This document shows positions 50,217 through 63,016 of a stretch of 64,000 nucleotides of DNA, one piece after another (the stretch's first letter is position 1; each line of letters starts with the position of its first letter). This DNA comes from Azolla caroliniana (Eukaryota; Plantae; Polypodiophyta), in the NCBI GenBank assembly GCA_043228905.1, contig JBHGNT010000003.1:17608001-17672000 (forward strand). The letters are read 5' to 3'. The notes below the pieces were generated by a model. The model had not been told where the DNA came from and did no database searches. It was given only the letters and a program-made list of their open reading frames with translations. The position numbers were made by a program, and so were the translations under genes.

Positions 50217-51212
50217 TGAAATACACTTGTATACAACAACCTACCAATTGTGGTAGGATGTTGTCAAACTAAATTGGTGATGCCTACAATGTGCAAACTT
50301 TGATTGATTGGCAACAATAGAACAAAAGTTGGAGCTTCTCCCATGGCTTGACTAATTCTAGGAGTGGAAGCAAGTTGATGGAATCTAGAACTTGTAACTA
50401 CTACAATAAGCCAAGACATATCAAATGTGAATATTGAGCTTTGACGAAAGGCTTAAAATGAAATAGCTCAAATATCTAGGCAATCCAACAATTGAGGCAA
50501 ATGGTTAGAAGAGGTGAACCATATTCCTTCAACCTATGTCAATAAGATTAGACAATTGGGTACACCTACCAATGAGACCATGGATGATTCAAGAGTTGAT
50601 GTGAACATCCTTACTGTTGAGAGAACAAGTGAAGCAAAAGTTTGCTTACCACATACAAAGCTACTACATGGCTTCTCCGTTTTCGAAGCTTCCTATCACA
50701 TTACTCCATTATGATCCCAGTTACGATAGGGCAATGATAGGGATTTCAAGTCGATAGAGTTGAGAACTCACATCACGGTATTGTGTCGGCATTAGAGAGA
50801 TAAAACTATACCTCGGCAAAGCTAGTGCTTGAACAAGCTTCTTGTTAGGAGGGTGGTTGATTCACAACAAGAATCTTCTACTTGATTGAGGACCCAAAGT
50901 ACATACTTTGTATCTCTCTATATGTCAACCGATAGGAGAATGAACTATTATTGGCTGATTTTTCAATCTCCTCATTATGGCATATGAGATTTGCACACTT
51001 GAGCATGAACAACAACACGCAATTACCTAAGTTGGTTACATTCCCTAACTCTCCTATTTCAACCATTACTTTGAAAGCATTGGTAATACAACAAAAGTAG
51101 AGCCTCAACTCACCCTACTAACACACCAAGAGAATTGAAACCTATTGATTTAGTCAATTTGGATATTTGTGGACTATGCAACATCAGCCTCTTAGTGGTG
51201 CTTCAAACTTCA

Positions 51213-51724
51213 TCACATTTATCATTGATGCTACTTGGAAGGTGTTGGTCTACCTGACGAGAACCAAAGACAGTTTTTCTAGTCTTCTAGGAATGCCTTG
51301 CAATGGTCGAGAATTGGATGAATGGAAAGCTCAAATTTCAGTGATTTCGGTAGAATATAAGTTTTATGAGTTCAATTTATTTTGCAAATAAAAAGGTATT
51401 TGACATGAATTTACAACACCCTTTAATATAGAGTAGAATGGCATCGCCGAACACTTGATGCTACTTGGAAGGTGTTGGTCACATTTATCATTGATGCTAC
51501 TTGGAAGGTGTTGGTCTACCTGACGAGAACCAAAGACAGTTTTTCTAGTCTTCTAGGAATGCCTTGCAATGGTCGAGAATTGGATGAATGGAAAGCTCAA
51601 ATTTCAGTGATTTCGGTAGAATATAAGTTTTATGAGTTCAATTTATTTTGCAAATAAAAAGGTATTTGACATGAATTTACAACACCCTTTAATATAGAGT
51701 AGAATGGCATCGCCGAACACTTGA
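51213..51724. repeat. Near-perfect 266-bp-period tandem duplication
   Basis: Identical translated ORF tails at 51167 and 51472. Confidence 0.95.
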
Positions 51725-52785
51725 AGCAAACAATTCTTTTTTGAATTGTTGGCATGATGAAGCAGTATGGTCTATCTAATGTCTCTACTCACTACACTAC
51801 ACACAATCAATATGTTGCCGAGTAGACCCCTCAACTTCATGATCCTACAAGAGCTCTAGTTTGGCATACATTGTGATTGCAACAAGATGCAAATCTTCAT
51901 ATGTGAAGTGTTTGCCCTTGTGCCTAGGATGAGAGAAAAAAGTTGGAGTTCCTCTCTTGAAAGTGCATCTTTCTTTGCCATGGCTCCAATAGAAACATTG
52001 GCTATAGACTACACGATCCCAAGACATGACAAATTGTTTGAAGTTCATATGTTGTTTTTGATGAGTGGCAACGCATAAAGTAGCACACTCAATCAAACTT
52101 TGATGGGTAATTTTTGTTGATTTGACTACGCTTGACGGCCCTACCCAACATGCTTGATCAACTATTTAAATAGTTGATTTTGCACTTCAAATCATCCTAA
52201 CAAGAGTTCACGTCCTACCACTTCAAACAAGATCATCAAGGATGATTTGATGAGCTTGGTCTTACCATGTTGATGTGTGAGATTGTCACACCCACTCAAA
52301 ATTTATTCACCTAGAATGTTTTACATAGATGCAAGTGAACCTTCAACCCACTGAGAAATTATAGCATCAACCAAATTTGCTAATTAGCAACTAGCTATGG
52401 ACTTAGATATGAACTCCATTTGAGAAAACAACACCTAGGACTTAGTTCAATTGCTAAAGAATCAACAAACACTTTATGTAGAAGGGTCTCACGACTCGAG
52501 CAAACATCTAACTTGGCTAGTCCCAAGTATAAGGCTAGGTTAGTTGGAAAGGGTTTTAACAAAAATATCATGTTGACTTCGATAAGATATTTTTCATTCG
52601 TCGTGAAAATGACAACCATTTGATTCTTACTCGAGCTAGTAGTAGTCAAGGACCTAGAGCTTCTTCAACTAGATGTAAAAACAACCTTCCTCCTGGTGAT
52701 ATTGATGAGGAAATTTATATGAGCCACCAGTCCATGAAGTTTTCGTGTCACTAGACTAGGAACATTTAGTTTGCAAACTCAAGAA

Positions 52786-53333
52786 TGTTAAGATCGAAGC
52801 TGGCCACAACTGGTTCTAGAGTCACGTAGGAGAGGTACAAAGATTTAAACCAACGGAAAATAGAAACACAAATGCAGAGACAAGGTATTTTAACGTGGAA
52901 ACCCTAATAGGGAGAATCATGAGAGTCCCTGAACTTCGAACTATTTCACTATGGTAAGAGAGAAGTACAACAGGGGAACTCACAGGAACCGACCTCGAGT
53001 TCGTCTTCTTCACCTACAAGCGGCTACAACAGAGATGTTTCACTTCTCACTCACTCTCCCTCCCCCCTGTGTGTGTGTGTTACTACAACATCACACACTA
53101 AATCCCTGTTGTTACAATGATTACACAAATAAAGTTTGCCCTAGTTATCTTTATACTGAGATAACTATTCGGATATTTACAAAACTGGCCCGAATAGGCG
53201 TGACTTTGAAACCTATTTACAAATGTGTCCTATTTCCTGGATACCTATCCGATTCCGGATTGGTGACATCCGATCCGGCTCGCATCTCTCCTATTTGGAT
53301 CTTGGCCCATTCAGAGGGACCTATTTCTCAACA
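52786..53333 (-). mobile_element. Solo LTR, Tork-like group
   Basis: TG..CA ends; TSD aagaa/aataa; host reads CKLKNGLY when it is removed; similar to 16363-17117. Confidence 0.88.
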
Positions 53334-53657
53334 AATAATGGTCTATATATGGCATGAAGTAGGCATCCAGATAGTGGCACCAATACAATTTTATGTAATT
53401 GTTCATGTTTTCTTAGAATTGTGAAGACCTCTACCTATACTTCAAAGCCACATCTAATGGATCAATTGTCTACCTTATCCATGATATGCTACTCACCGAC
53501 TGGAATGTTGATGAGCTTGCCAATTTTTTATGCCAATTGTAGTTAAATTTTATCATGAAGGAATTAGGTCCAATTCGACATGTTCTTTGGATGAAGACCA
53601 CACAACATAGACCTACTCGAAAAGTATATTTGTTTGTCATAGACATGAGAACAATCA

Positions 53658-55655
53658 TGTCAAGATTCTAACACTTAACCTCTTGTATTATGTTTTAACC
53701 AACACATCTAGTACATGGTCGTATTATATATATCTTAGTAGATTTTCCATTCCATGTTCTAGGAGTTTTTAGAAGCTTCCAGAAAGCTCCAGAAGTTGGA
53801 ACATTCCAGAAGAAAGCTTCTGCATGGAACTACATGTAGAGCCCACAAACATGTATAAATACAGAATCCTATATTTTTCCTTAAATGTTTATCTCTTGCA
53901 TCTCGTTCTACCTCTTAGTATCTTACCTTTTGCCTAGTTCTATTTTGCTTTGCTCTATCTGTCTGTGACAGTTTGTTCACCTTTTCTCGAAAACCTCATC
54001 ATGTTAGATTCTACTAAGAGAATAAATAAGCTATTGGAAGCCATGCAACAACTTCAACTTGAAAATGAGAATTTTCAGGAATCCCTACAGAAACTCCAAG
54101 TTGGTACTTCGATGGAACTAGAGGAAGAAAAACCAAGTCCCCTTCTACATCAAGGAATCTCCTATTTGTAGACCATGGTCCCTCGTCAATCCTCACTCCA
54201 ATTCCTCTTCACCCCACTACAACTATAGAACCCAATGTTAGTTTACCTAACAAGTTCAATGGCACAAGGACGCGATTCCGAGGGTTCATAAATAAGATCA
54301 CGATTATTATCCGTCTACAACCCAAATATATGCAGATGATTTTCGTCATGTTGGCCTTGTTGGACTCTTCTCTCAGGAGTTGCACAAAGTTGGTTCACAC
54401 CTTTGGTCAAAACATCATCACCACTTCTAGAAAATTTTCGTACTTTCCTAGAAGAGTTCAAGGTGACATTTGGGGATACAAATCTTCGTCAAATAGCCCT
54501 TACCCAACTCTATTCATTACATAAAGGTAGGCATCAGGTGTTCGTTTAGGCCTCTGAATTTAGACAATTAACATGTGATGTCAATGGGACGACCAAGCCC
54601 TTTGTGTCCATTTTCATCAGGGCCTTCGAAGCAATGTTAAGAATCTACTAATAAACTTCCCGGAGCCTACTTCATTATTGCAAGTCATCATGCAAGTAGT
54701 TAGTTGTAACAACTGCCTTTTTGAACTTTGTCAACAAGAACGGGCGACTTCCAAGTTGTCTCCCTTTCTCCACATTAAACCTATGGTACAACCCCAAGTG
54801 GATGCAAGATCTCCTCCAACGTTATCATCCAATGATCTTGTGCCGATGGAAATTGATAAATCTCGAGCCCCATCATTCGCTAAGGCCGAACAACACTATC
54901 GTCAAACCAATGGACCTTACTTGGTTGGGGCCCAACATCGGGTTTAGGTAATAACAAATCATATTAAAACTTTATTGTATTTCTCAACTACCCATTCTTT
55001 GAATTGGTGATAGGGTTATTGGTCAAGTTTCTTAGCCGACTATGACTTAGAAATTTTCTTTCGACCGGGGGCACAAAACATGAAGGTTGATGCTCTTTCT
55101 CATCGCTCGGATTTTGAGTTGAGCCCAAGGGATGATGCCTATGCTCAACAATCCCAATGTTTGCTAAAAGTAGAGCAATTTCAGCTCTTCGCAACATGCT
55201 TGCTACATGACGACTCTTTGCTTGATGAAATAGCCAAAGCACTTCACACAGACAAATTTGCCAATGACATTAACTTGGAAGGTCTTACTAAACCATCTAA
55301 AACAAACAACAAGGAAGACCGTGATTGTTTCCGATTCGAGGGGGGAGTATCTCTTATATGTTCCGGAGGGCCGTTCTCAAACTCAAGTTCTCCAAAAGTG
55401 TCACGACGACCCACTGGTTGACCATTTTGGAGTTACAAAAGCCCTGGAATTAATCTCGTGAGGGTACTAGTCACTGGCCTCAACCGTGGAAGTTTGTGAA
55501 GGAATTCATCAAGACATGTGATACTCGTGCTTGATCCAAAGTTGCCCACCATAGGCCATACAATTTGTTCCAACCACTTCCCATTCCCAACTGGCCTTGG
55601 CAATCTATTTCCATGGATTTCATCACTGACTTGCCTCTAGTCTATGGATATGACC
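53658..55655 (+). mobile_element. Chromovirus-type (Tcn1-like) Gypsy: 5' LTR 53658-53970, gag, RH end, integrase start
   Basis: LTR TGTCA..TGACA; gag EPNVSLPNKFNG.R..FRGF and PMEID; VDALS; CHDDPLVDHFG; QPLPIPNWPWQSISMDFITDLP; PR/RT deleted. Confidence 0.85.
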
Positions 55656-55839
55656 TACACGTTGTGCTTATAATTTCATGCTATCTTGATTTTAATTGCT
55701 TTTCTCCGACACAACAAATATTGGGGGAATATCCTTCAGTTATGGCATGGCAAGTCTATGATCAATAACCACATCTCCTTTTGTCATAATAGTCCTACAT
55801 ACCCTCATGATTTGTTGCACCATGATTCAAATCTTGGGT

Positions 55840-56190
55840 ACTTGAATTCCCAAAATAGTGAACCTAATAATGAGCTCTCTTTATCATTTTATAGTGTTTT
55901 GGAACTCCTTGTCAAATAAAAATAGTAGTGCTACTCTTATTGTGCACTCAATCTTATCCTGCATTGGTCTCATGCTCTTTTATAATAAATTGGACCTCCT
56001 TCAAAATAGTGAACTTAATAATGAGCCCTCTTGATCATTTTATAGCATTTTGGAGCTCCTTCTCGAATAAAAATAGTGGTGCTACTTTTATTGTGCACTC
56101 ATCTTATCCTTGCATTGGTCTCTTGCTCTTTTATAGCATGTTGAACCTCCTTGTCGTATAAAAATGATGGTCCTATTATCATGCATCACT
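55840..56190. repeat. Degenerate tandem repeats
   Basis: Recurring tcattttatag..ttggaactcctt..aataaaaatagt.gtgctact..tcttatcct.gcattggtctc. Confidence 0.75.
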
Positions 56191-57379
56191 ACCTTTTTTC
56201 TAGCATGCACTCGATTTTAACCTTGCATGGGCACCCAATGCTAGAAGATGTTTTTTAATGTGATCGTATCTACCACTTTATTCCATTCTTATCACTTAGA
56301 CATTCTATTTCTTCGTTTCCCCTTAGTTGCTCCTAACAAGGTTCAAACCTTGACCTTATTTTTCAAGTGGTTTATTCTTGCCATTGGAGCTATCTTCAGT
56401 AATACTTAAAAATGCATGAAACCAAAAGAAAATATTGTTTAAGCTCAAGCTAAAACTAACGGGGAGACAACTCAAGGGTAATGAGGAACATATCAAAGGT
56501 AAATTGTCAAATGGGAAGTGTCAAAGTAGAGAAAGAGAAACAATGAACAAGGAATGAGGTAGAACGAGAGAATTGACAAACTAATGTAAGTAATTTAGCT
56601 TTATTAAAAGTAAAAAGGTAATTACACCTAGGGCATGACTTAGGAGTTGAAGACTAGGAATGCATGTGGGCCACATGTCTAGTCTTGAGTCAAGATGTAT
56701 GCATGATATTGGGCCATAATTACAATGTTGAATTTATTAATTTGTAACATGAATAACCTAATGGTGTGAACTTGGTGTATGTTCTATGAGGTCATGGTAT
56801 TCATAACATGTGCCACTATGTTTGGATAGTAAAAAAATCATTGCCCAACTATTGACAATCCATTTTATCATGAGGCTTCAAGTGACGTTGTAATACCTAT
56901 ACTTGATCACCAACTTGAATTGTAGGCTAAGGGTGATGACGATATACTATTTATTGTGTTCCTTGGGAATTTTGTAGATGATTTGATAGCTCCTCTTAAA
57001 CCTATTGTAGTTAGGATAGACGGTCTTTTGTACTAGGATTAGCTTGAACTTCATGGATCCCCAATCACATTCATTGAGGACGATGCCCTGCCCAATATTT
57101 CAAAATTTGCATGAACTTAATAGAGGAATGTTTGATTTGTGCGCTCTATTTGACCATTTACGTGTAAATGATAGTGTTGTCGCAAAGATATGCGCACACA
57201 TGTGCTACTTGAGTAGGATCACCAGGGACTTGAACCAGAGAGGATGGATGGCTCGAAGGCTCATTAGGTATAAAGGTCTTAAGACTACAAAGATCCTAAG
57301 TCCAAAGATTGTCAGACTTGAAGGCTCTATAGAGTTGAAAGACTATCAGAGTTGAAGTTTAGTCATAGTCGAATATAAC

Positions 57380-60300
57380 TGTTGAGAATCAAGCTAAACC
57401 TAGTGCAACGTGTGAAGACACCATTGTTGTAAAATACTTAGCATAAAATATGTGTACAATACGTATTCTAAGTATTCTAACTTCTTTTTTTTAAATACTT
57501 AGAATACGTATTTTATAGATAAAGTACGTTAAATACTTAGAATATGTGTAGAATACTTAGAATACGTTTAGAATACTTAGAATACATGTAGAATACTTGT
57601 AAAATACGCTAAATACTTCTTAAATTTTAAAGTTTTCTTTTTCAAAAAAAAGAAAATATGTTTTGAAATGATAAATACTTGTTAAATACGTAGAATACGT
57701 CAAATTTTAAAAAACGACAGTTCTAAAACGTAGAATACTTTAGAGTATTCTAAAACGTACTCTAAATGTAGAATACGCGTTTTTTAACAACTATGGAACT
57801 CACCCTTTCAGAATCTATGATCACTCAAAGGTCAAGTGTCACACTAGTACTCTCTACACATTAAGTATGTGTCATAGAATCGTATTATATGACACATAAC
57901 TAATTAGTTCCATATTCCCCATTACTATGAGTCTTCACATTTCCTAAGGGAGAGTAGTTGTTGTAGTGAGTTAATGAAGAGAGAGGGTGACCTTATATAA
58001 AGCACCCTTCTCCTACTTCATACTAAGTTGGTTGTGACTCCTTGTTATGCTACATTTTGTATCTCATATTCTCCTTGTGAATATACACTTTCTTCTTGAG
58101 TATTCTATTTTCCATTCTATCTAATCTATCTTATGTTTTCTCTTCTCTTCTCTCTTTCCTCTCACACATACACATAACACACATCTCGTCCGTTGCACAA
58201 GAATCATATATGATTCATTACATGGTATCAGAGCGATTTGGTAGCTAGATCTAGCCCATCCGTGTGTGGTGTGTTCTACATCGACGTTCAAGAAGAATTT
58301 GAATACTCAAATGGGGAGCGCTTTCCCTAATGAGAAGTTGGATCGAAACAACTTTGCATCTTGGGAGTACAAGATGCACCAATAGCTTGTCGGTCCACCA
58401 ATAGCTTGTCGGTCAAGGATATTGGAGCTACATTAAAGGAGCACAAGAAAATCGACTCGACCCGAAAGACGTTGACTACTTAACATGGGAGCAAGCGCAA
58501 GCTGAGTGATGTATTGGTTGGCGACATGTGTTCATGATCACATGCTCGACTACTTTCGAGAAGCCATGACGCCGAAGGAAGTGTGGGAGAATATACGTTC
58601 AATGATTTTCGCGGCCAACACAACCGCAAGAAAGCTTCAACTCCGCCAAGAGTTGAACAACATCCAACAAAGGGATAAGTCCATCACAAGCTACACCTTG
58701 AAGATCAAGGAGGTTTGGGACTCGCTCAGCTGAATAAGTGTCAATGTGGATGATGATGAGATGGTGCAAATATGCCTCGGCAGCCTTGCACCACGGTTCG
58801 ACGTGATGAGGACCGTCATACTAGCACGGGAGAATCCTCCCTCTTTGAACTTCAATCTTCAATCCATGTTGTTGGTTGAAGAAAACCATGTTCGAACAAG
58901 GAGCAATGCCTTGGAAGGCCACATGCTCTACATGCATTCTAACGGAGGAAGAGGACGCGGCTGAGCAAGAGGTTGATTTGGCCAAGGATGAGGCGGACGA
59001 GGTCCGACTCACGAAAACAACTCCCAATTTTGGCAACAAGAAGGAAGCCATTGAGGAACCTTCGGAAGAAGGGGAAGCTTCCATTCAAGCCTGAGCTGAC
59101 AAACCTCGGTCAAATGCGGATATTGTGGCAAAATCAGCCACCATGAAGAAGAGTGTTGAAAGGAGATGCGCGAAATGTCTTCTACTACCCGAAAACTCAC
59201 AAATTACGCCACCAACTCCAACTACGATGATCATAGTGGAATGTTCGTGATGAGACATAGAGAAAATTCTATGTTGGCTTCTACTTCAACTAGTGCCTCC
59301 GGTCCGGAAGATGTATGGTTTGTCGACTCTAGTGGTTCAAACCATATGACGTCTCATCAAGAATGGTTCTGAGAACTTCGAGAGCCGGACCGACCCGGCT
59401 ATGTCGAAACCGGAGATGACACTACTCATCTGATTCAGCACATCGGCAATGTTCCATTCAAAAAAGAAGTTAACCAAACTTACATTAAGAATATCTTCCA
59501 TGTAACTACCATTACGAAGAATTTGGTCTCCGTCGACCAAATAGTTGAGCAAGGGATGCAAGTTCGATCTAATCAAGGTGGTTGCTTCCTCGAGAAAGAG
59601 GGTCGACTCATCGCTCTGCCGAATGTTCATTCTCGACTTGCACAAGATGAAATCGTCCATGTTTGGAAAAGGCACCAAAGCCGACACCCACATAGAGTTG
59701 TGGCATAAGCCAATTGGCCACATCAATCTCCAAAAGCTCAAGGCAATGCAATCGAAAGGAGTCATCATTGGATTCCTGACCTTCAAAGAGAAAGAGATTG
59801 AAGGCGTATGTGCAGCTTGCCAATTCAGCAAGCAACATCAGCACCCGTTTCCGAAGGAGAGGAACATGAGCAAAGGTGTACTCGACGTAATTCATTCCGA
59901 TGTATGGGGACCAGCTCAAACGGTTACATTTGGCGAATGCCAATACTACGTGGCCTTTATTGACGACTTCTCTAGGCACACCTGGATCTACCCCATGCGG
60001 CAAAAGAGCGAAGTGCTTGGACACTTCCAAAAATTCAAGAGTGGAGTCGAAAAGGAAATAGGTTGACATGTATGATGTCTTTGGTCCGATGGAGGAAAAG
60101 AGTACTTCTCCAACAAATTTTTGGCTTTTCTTTGGAAAGAAGGAATTCAGCGAGAGTTTTTGTGTCGACATACGCCACAACAGAACGGAGTAGCCGAACG
60201 AAAGAATCGGCACATCCTCGAAGTAGCACAGGCCATGCTTAATGAGAACCACATGCCGAAATCGTACTGGGCAGAAGCCGTCAACACAATCGTCTCACAT

Positions 60301-63016
60301 GTTTGGATATTTGGCTCCATTGCATACATGCACATCCCCGACGAGAAGTGACAAAAGCTCGACCCGAAGTCGGAGAAATGTATCCTCATAGGATACTCAT
60401 TGGAGCAAAAGGGGTACAAGTGCTATAACCCCTCTACTCGGAAGGTTCGTGTAAGCCGAGATGTAGTCTTCGACGAATCCGCATCATGGGACGAACCCGA
60501 CCTGAATCCTCCTGAACAATTTCCAGTCGACCCAGAATCCGTTGAACAAGAGATAGAAGATGGAGATCGACTCAAACACATGTTCGAAGAAAGTCTGATT
60601 ACGACAAGACTTTGTGGGCCACATGAGCCCCCGAGCGACTAAAGCACATCTTGGCCTAGTCTGAAGATGGACAAAGGCAAGGCGAAAATGCCGAAGTATG
60701 AAGACGATCAATTCGACGACAATGAATCCACTCACTCCCTCGACATTGAGTTCGGTGGCTTTGACGTACCTATCATGAGGACATACAACGTAAAGAAAGA
60801 CATTGCCACGGCAAAAGAATAACTCCATCGCTCCACCCGTGAGAAGAATCCTGTTAGCTGATTTGGCTACAACGATTATATGGCATACCATTATGCCTCT
60901 ATGATGAAGGTGGTGACAGTTCGAGAATCGGAAAGTTTTTCGGAAGCATCCAAGGATCCACAATGGGTCGAAGTAATGAACGAGGAGATGTGGGCACTAT
61001 GCAAGCACGAGACATGGGATCTTGTTCCCCACTCACCGCACAAGAAGGCAATTGGTTGCAGATGGATTTACAAGGTGAAGTATAATGCCGACAACTTCAT
61101 AAACAACTACAAAGCTCGACTCGTAGCGAAAGGATACGCACAAACACATCGAATCGACTATGAAGAGAACTTTGCCATGGTGACAAAGATGACGACTGTG
61201 CGGACTGTAATCGCACTCACAGCAAGGAAAGGGTGGCATCTCCATCAGATGGTCGTCAAGAACGCCTTTCTTCAAGGTGAATTAGAAGAGGAGGTGTACA
61301 TGGTACAACCATCTAGCTTCGAATCCAACATTCATCCGAAAGCCTTCTGCCAACTTAAGAAGCATCTCTACGACCTTAAGCAACCACCACGTCCTTGGCA
61401 TTCGACGATAACGCAATATCTTCATCAAATCGGCTTTCGAATGTCGAAATCTGACAACTCCCTCTACGTATGAAACGACTCTAGAAGACCGATCGTCGTC
61501 AACCTATATGTGGATGATTTTGTCATTGGAGGTGAAAGTCTAGTCGACATGAATAAGGTCAAGTCCCTCCTCTCCAACAAATTCAAGATGACAGACATGA
61601 AGGAGCTCCATTACTTGGCATCGAGGTAATTCGGCTCCCCGCTAGCATTATGATCTCTTAACAACACTACATCCTCAACTTGTTACACAAGTTCGGGATG
61701 ACTGAGTGCAAATCTGTGGCAACCCCTCTCGATCGAAACCTCAAACTGGATGCCGACTCCGGTACAGACAAGTGCGAGCCGACTCAGTATTGACAACTGA
61801 TCGGGAGCCTCATCTATCTCACGATCACTCGTCGCGACCTCAACTATCCGGTCGGCCTCCTTAGCCAATTCATGCAAACTCCGTGAAATATTCATTTCGA
61901 TTGTGCTAATCGAATGTTATGATACGTGAGTGGAACGATGGATTGTGGTATTCTCTATGAATCTGCCACACAAATTCGACTCGAAGGGTACACAAATGTC
62001 GACTAGGCTGGCTACAGAGCCGATCGACGATCGACCTCTGGATTTGTCTTCTCACTCGGCAGCGGAGCAATATCTTGGAGTAGTAAGAAGCAACCTATCA
62101 TTGAATTTTCGAGCACGGAGGCCGAATACAGTGGCGCAACCGTGGATGCATGTGAAGTCGTATGGCTCAAGAGGATTTTGAAGGATTTGGGCATTCCCAT
62201 CAAGGATCCGACTCCCATTTATTGTGACAACATGATCAGTATCTATTTGGCTCAGGACCCGGTGTTCCACGCACACACAAAGCATATCGAAGTGCACTAT
62301 CACTTCATTCGAGAGTGCGTTCAGGCCGGAGATGTCGACCTTCAACACATCAACACGAATCTTCAGACATCAGACATCTTCCCCAAGGCCCTAGGAGCTG
62401 ACAAGCTTCGACAATTCATGTCAGACCTTGCCAAGCTTTAGGGGGAGTACACGAGAGAACCGGATACCGTCCGAACCGGGTATGAGTCGAAGAGGACACT
62501 GGAGATTGTCTGAACCAGATACCAGCTGAAGCTTACATCAACCGAAAGGAACTGACCTGAGTTGAGCTTGAGGGGGCATGTTGAGAATCAAGCTCAACCT
62601 AGTGCAACATGTGAACACACCCTTTGAGAATCTATGATCACTCAAAGGTCAAGAGTCACAACACTACTCTCTACACATTAACTATGTGCCATAGAATCCT
62701 ATTCTATGACACATAACAAATGAGTTCCATTTTCCCCATTACTATGAGTCCACATTCCCCAAGAGAGACTAGTTGTAGTGAGTTAATGAAGAGAGAGGGT
62801 GACCTTATATAAAGCACCATTCTCCTACTTCATACTAAGTTTGTTGTGACTCCTTGTAATGCTACATTTTGTATCTCATATTCTCCTTGTGAATATACAC
62901 TTTCTTCTTGAGATTCTATTTTCCATTCTATCTAATCTATCTTGTGTTTTCTCTTCTCTTCTCTCTTTCCTCTCACACATACACATAACACACATCTCAT
63001 CCGCTGCACAAGAATC
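57380..63016 (+). mobile_element. Near-complete degenerate Copia group A element
   Basis: 5' LTR 57380-58222; PBS TGGTATCAGAGC at 58223-58234; gag-PR-IN-RT-RH fragments; PPT ~62566-62578; 3' LTR 62579-~63016 missing about 16 terminal nt; probable TSD ataac/acaac. Confidence 0.95.
57422..57795. mobile_element. hAT-type MITE (374 bp) inside the 5' LTR
   Basis: Absent from the cognate 3' LTR; TIR cattgttgt/acaactatg; 8-bp TSD gaagacac/gaactcac; many TAGAATAC/GTATTCTA motifs. Confidence 0.88.

Larger units (their letters stand above)
49960..53640 (+). mobile_element. Highly decayed Copia internal region
   Basis: Relics of WHMRFAHLS, FITFIIDA, YKARLVGKGF..VVKMTTI, QLDVKTTF, ELGPIRHVL. Confidence 0.75.

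Noticed and set aside
56200-56245. Helitron 3' end (..gcatgggcacccaatgctag)
   Set aside because: Hairpin is weak, CTAG is not followed by T, and no matching 5' end was seen
56400-57379. Host sequence around the last Copia (continuing at 63017-64000), possibly an old LTR
   Set aside because: agtcgaagg-like repeats on both sides suggest continuity, but no termini or domains could be supported
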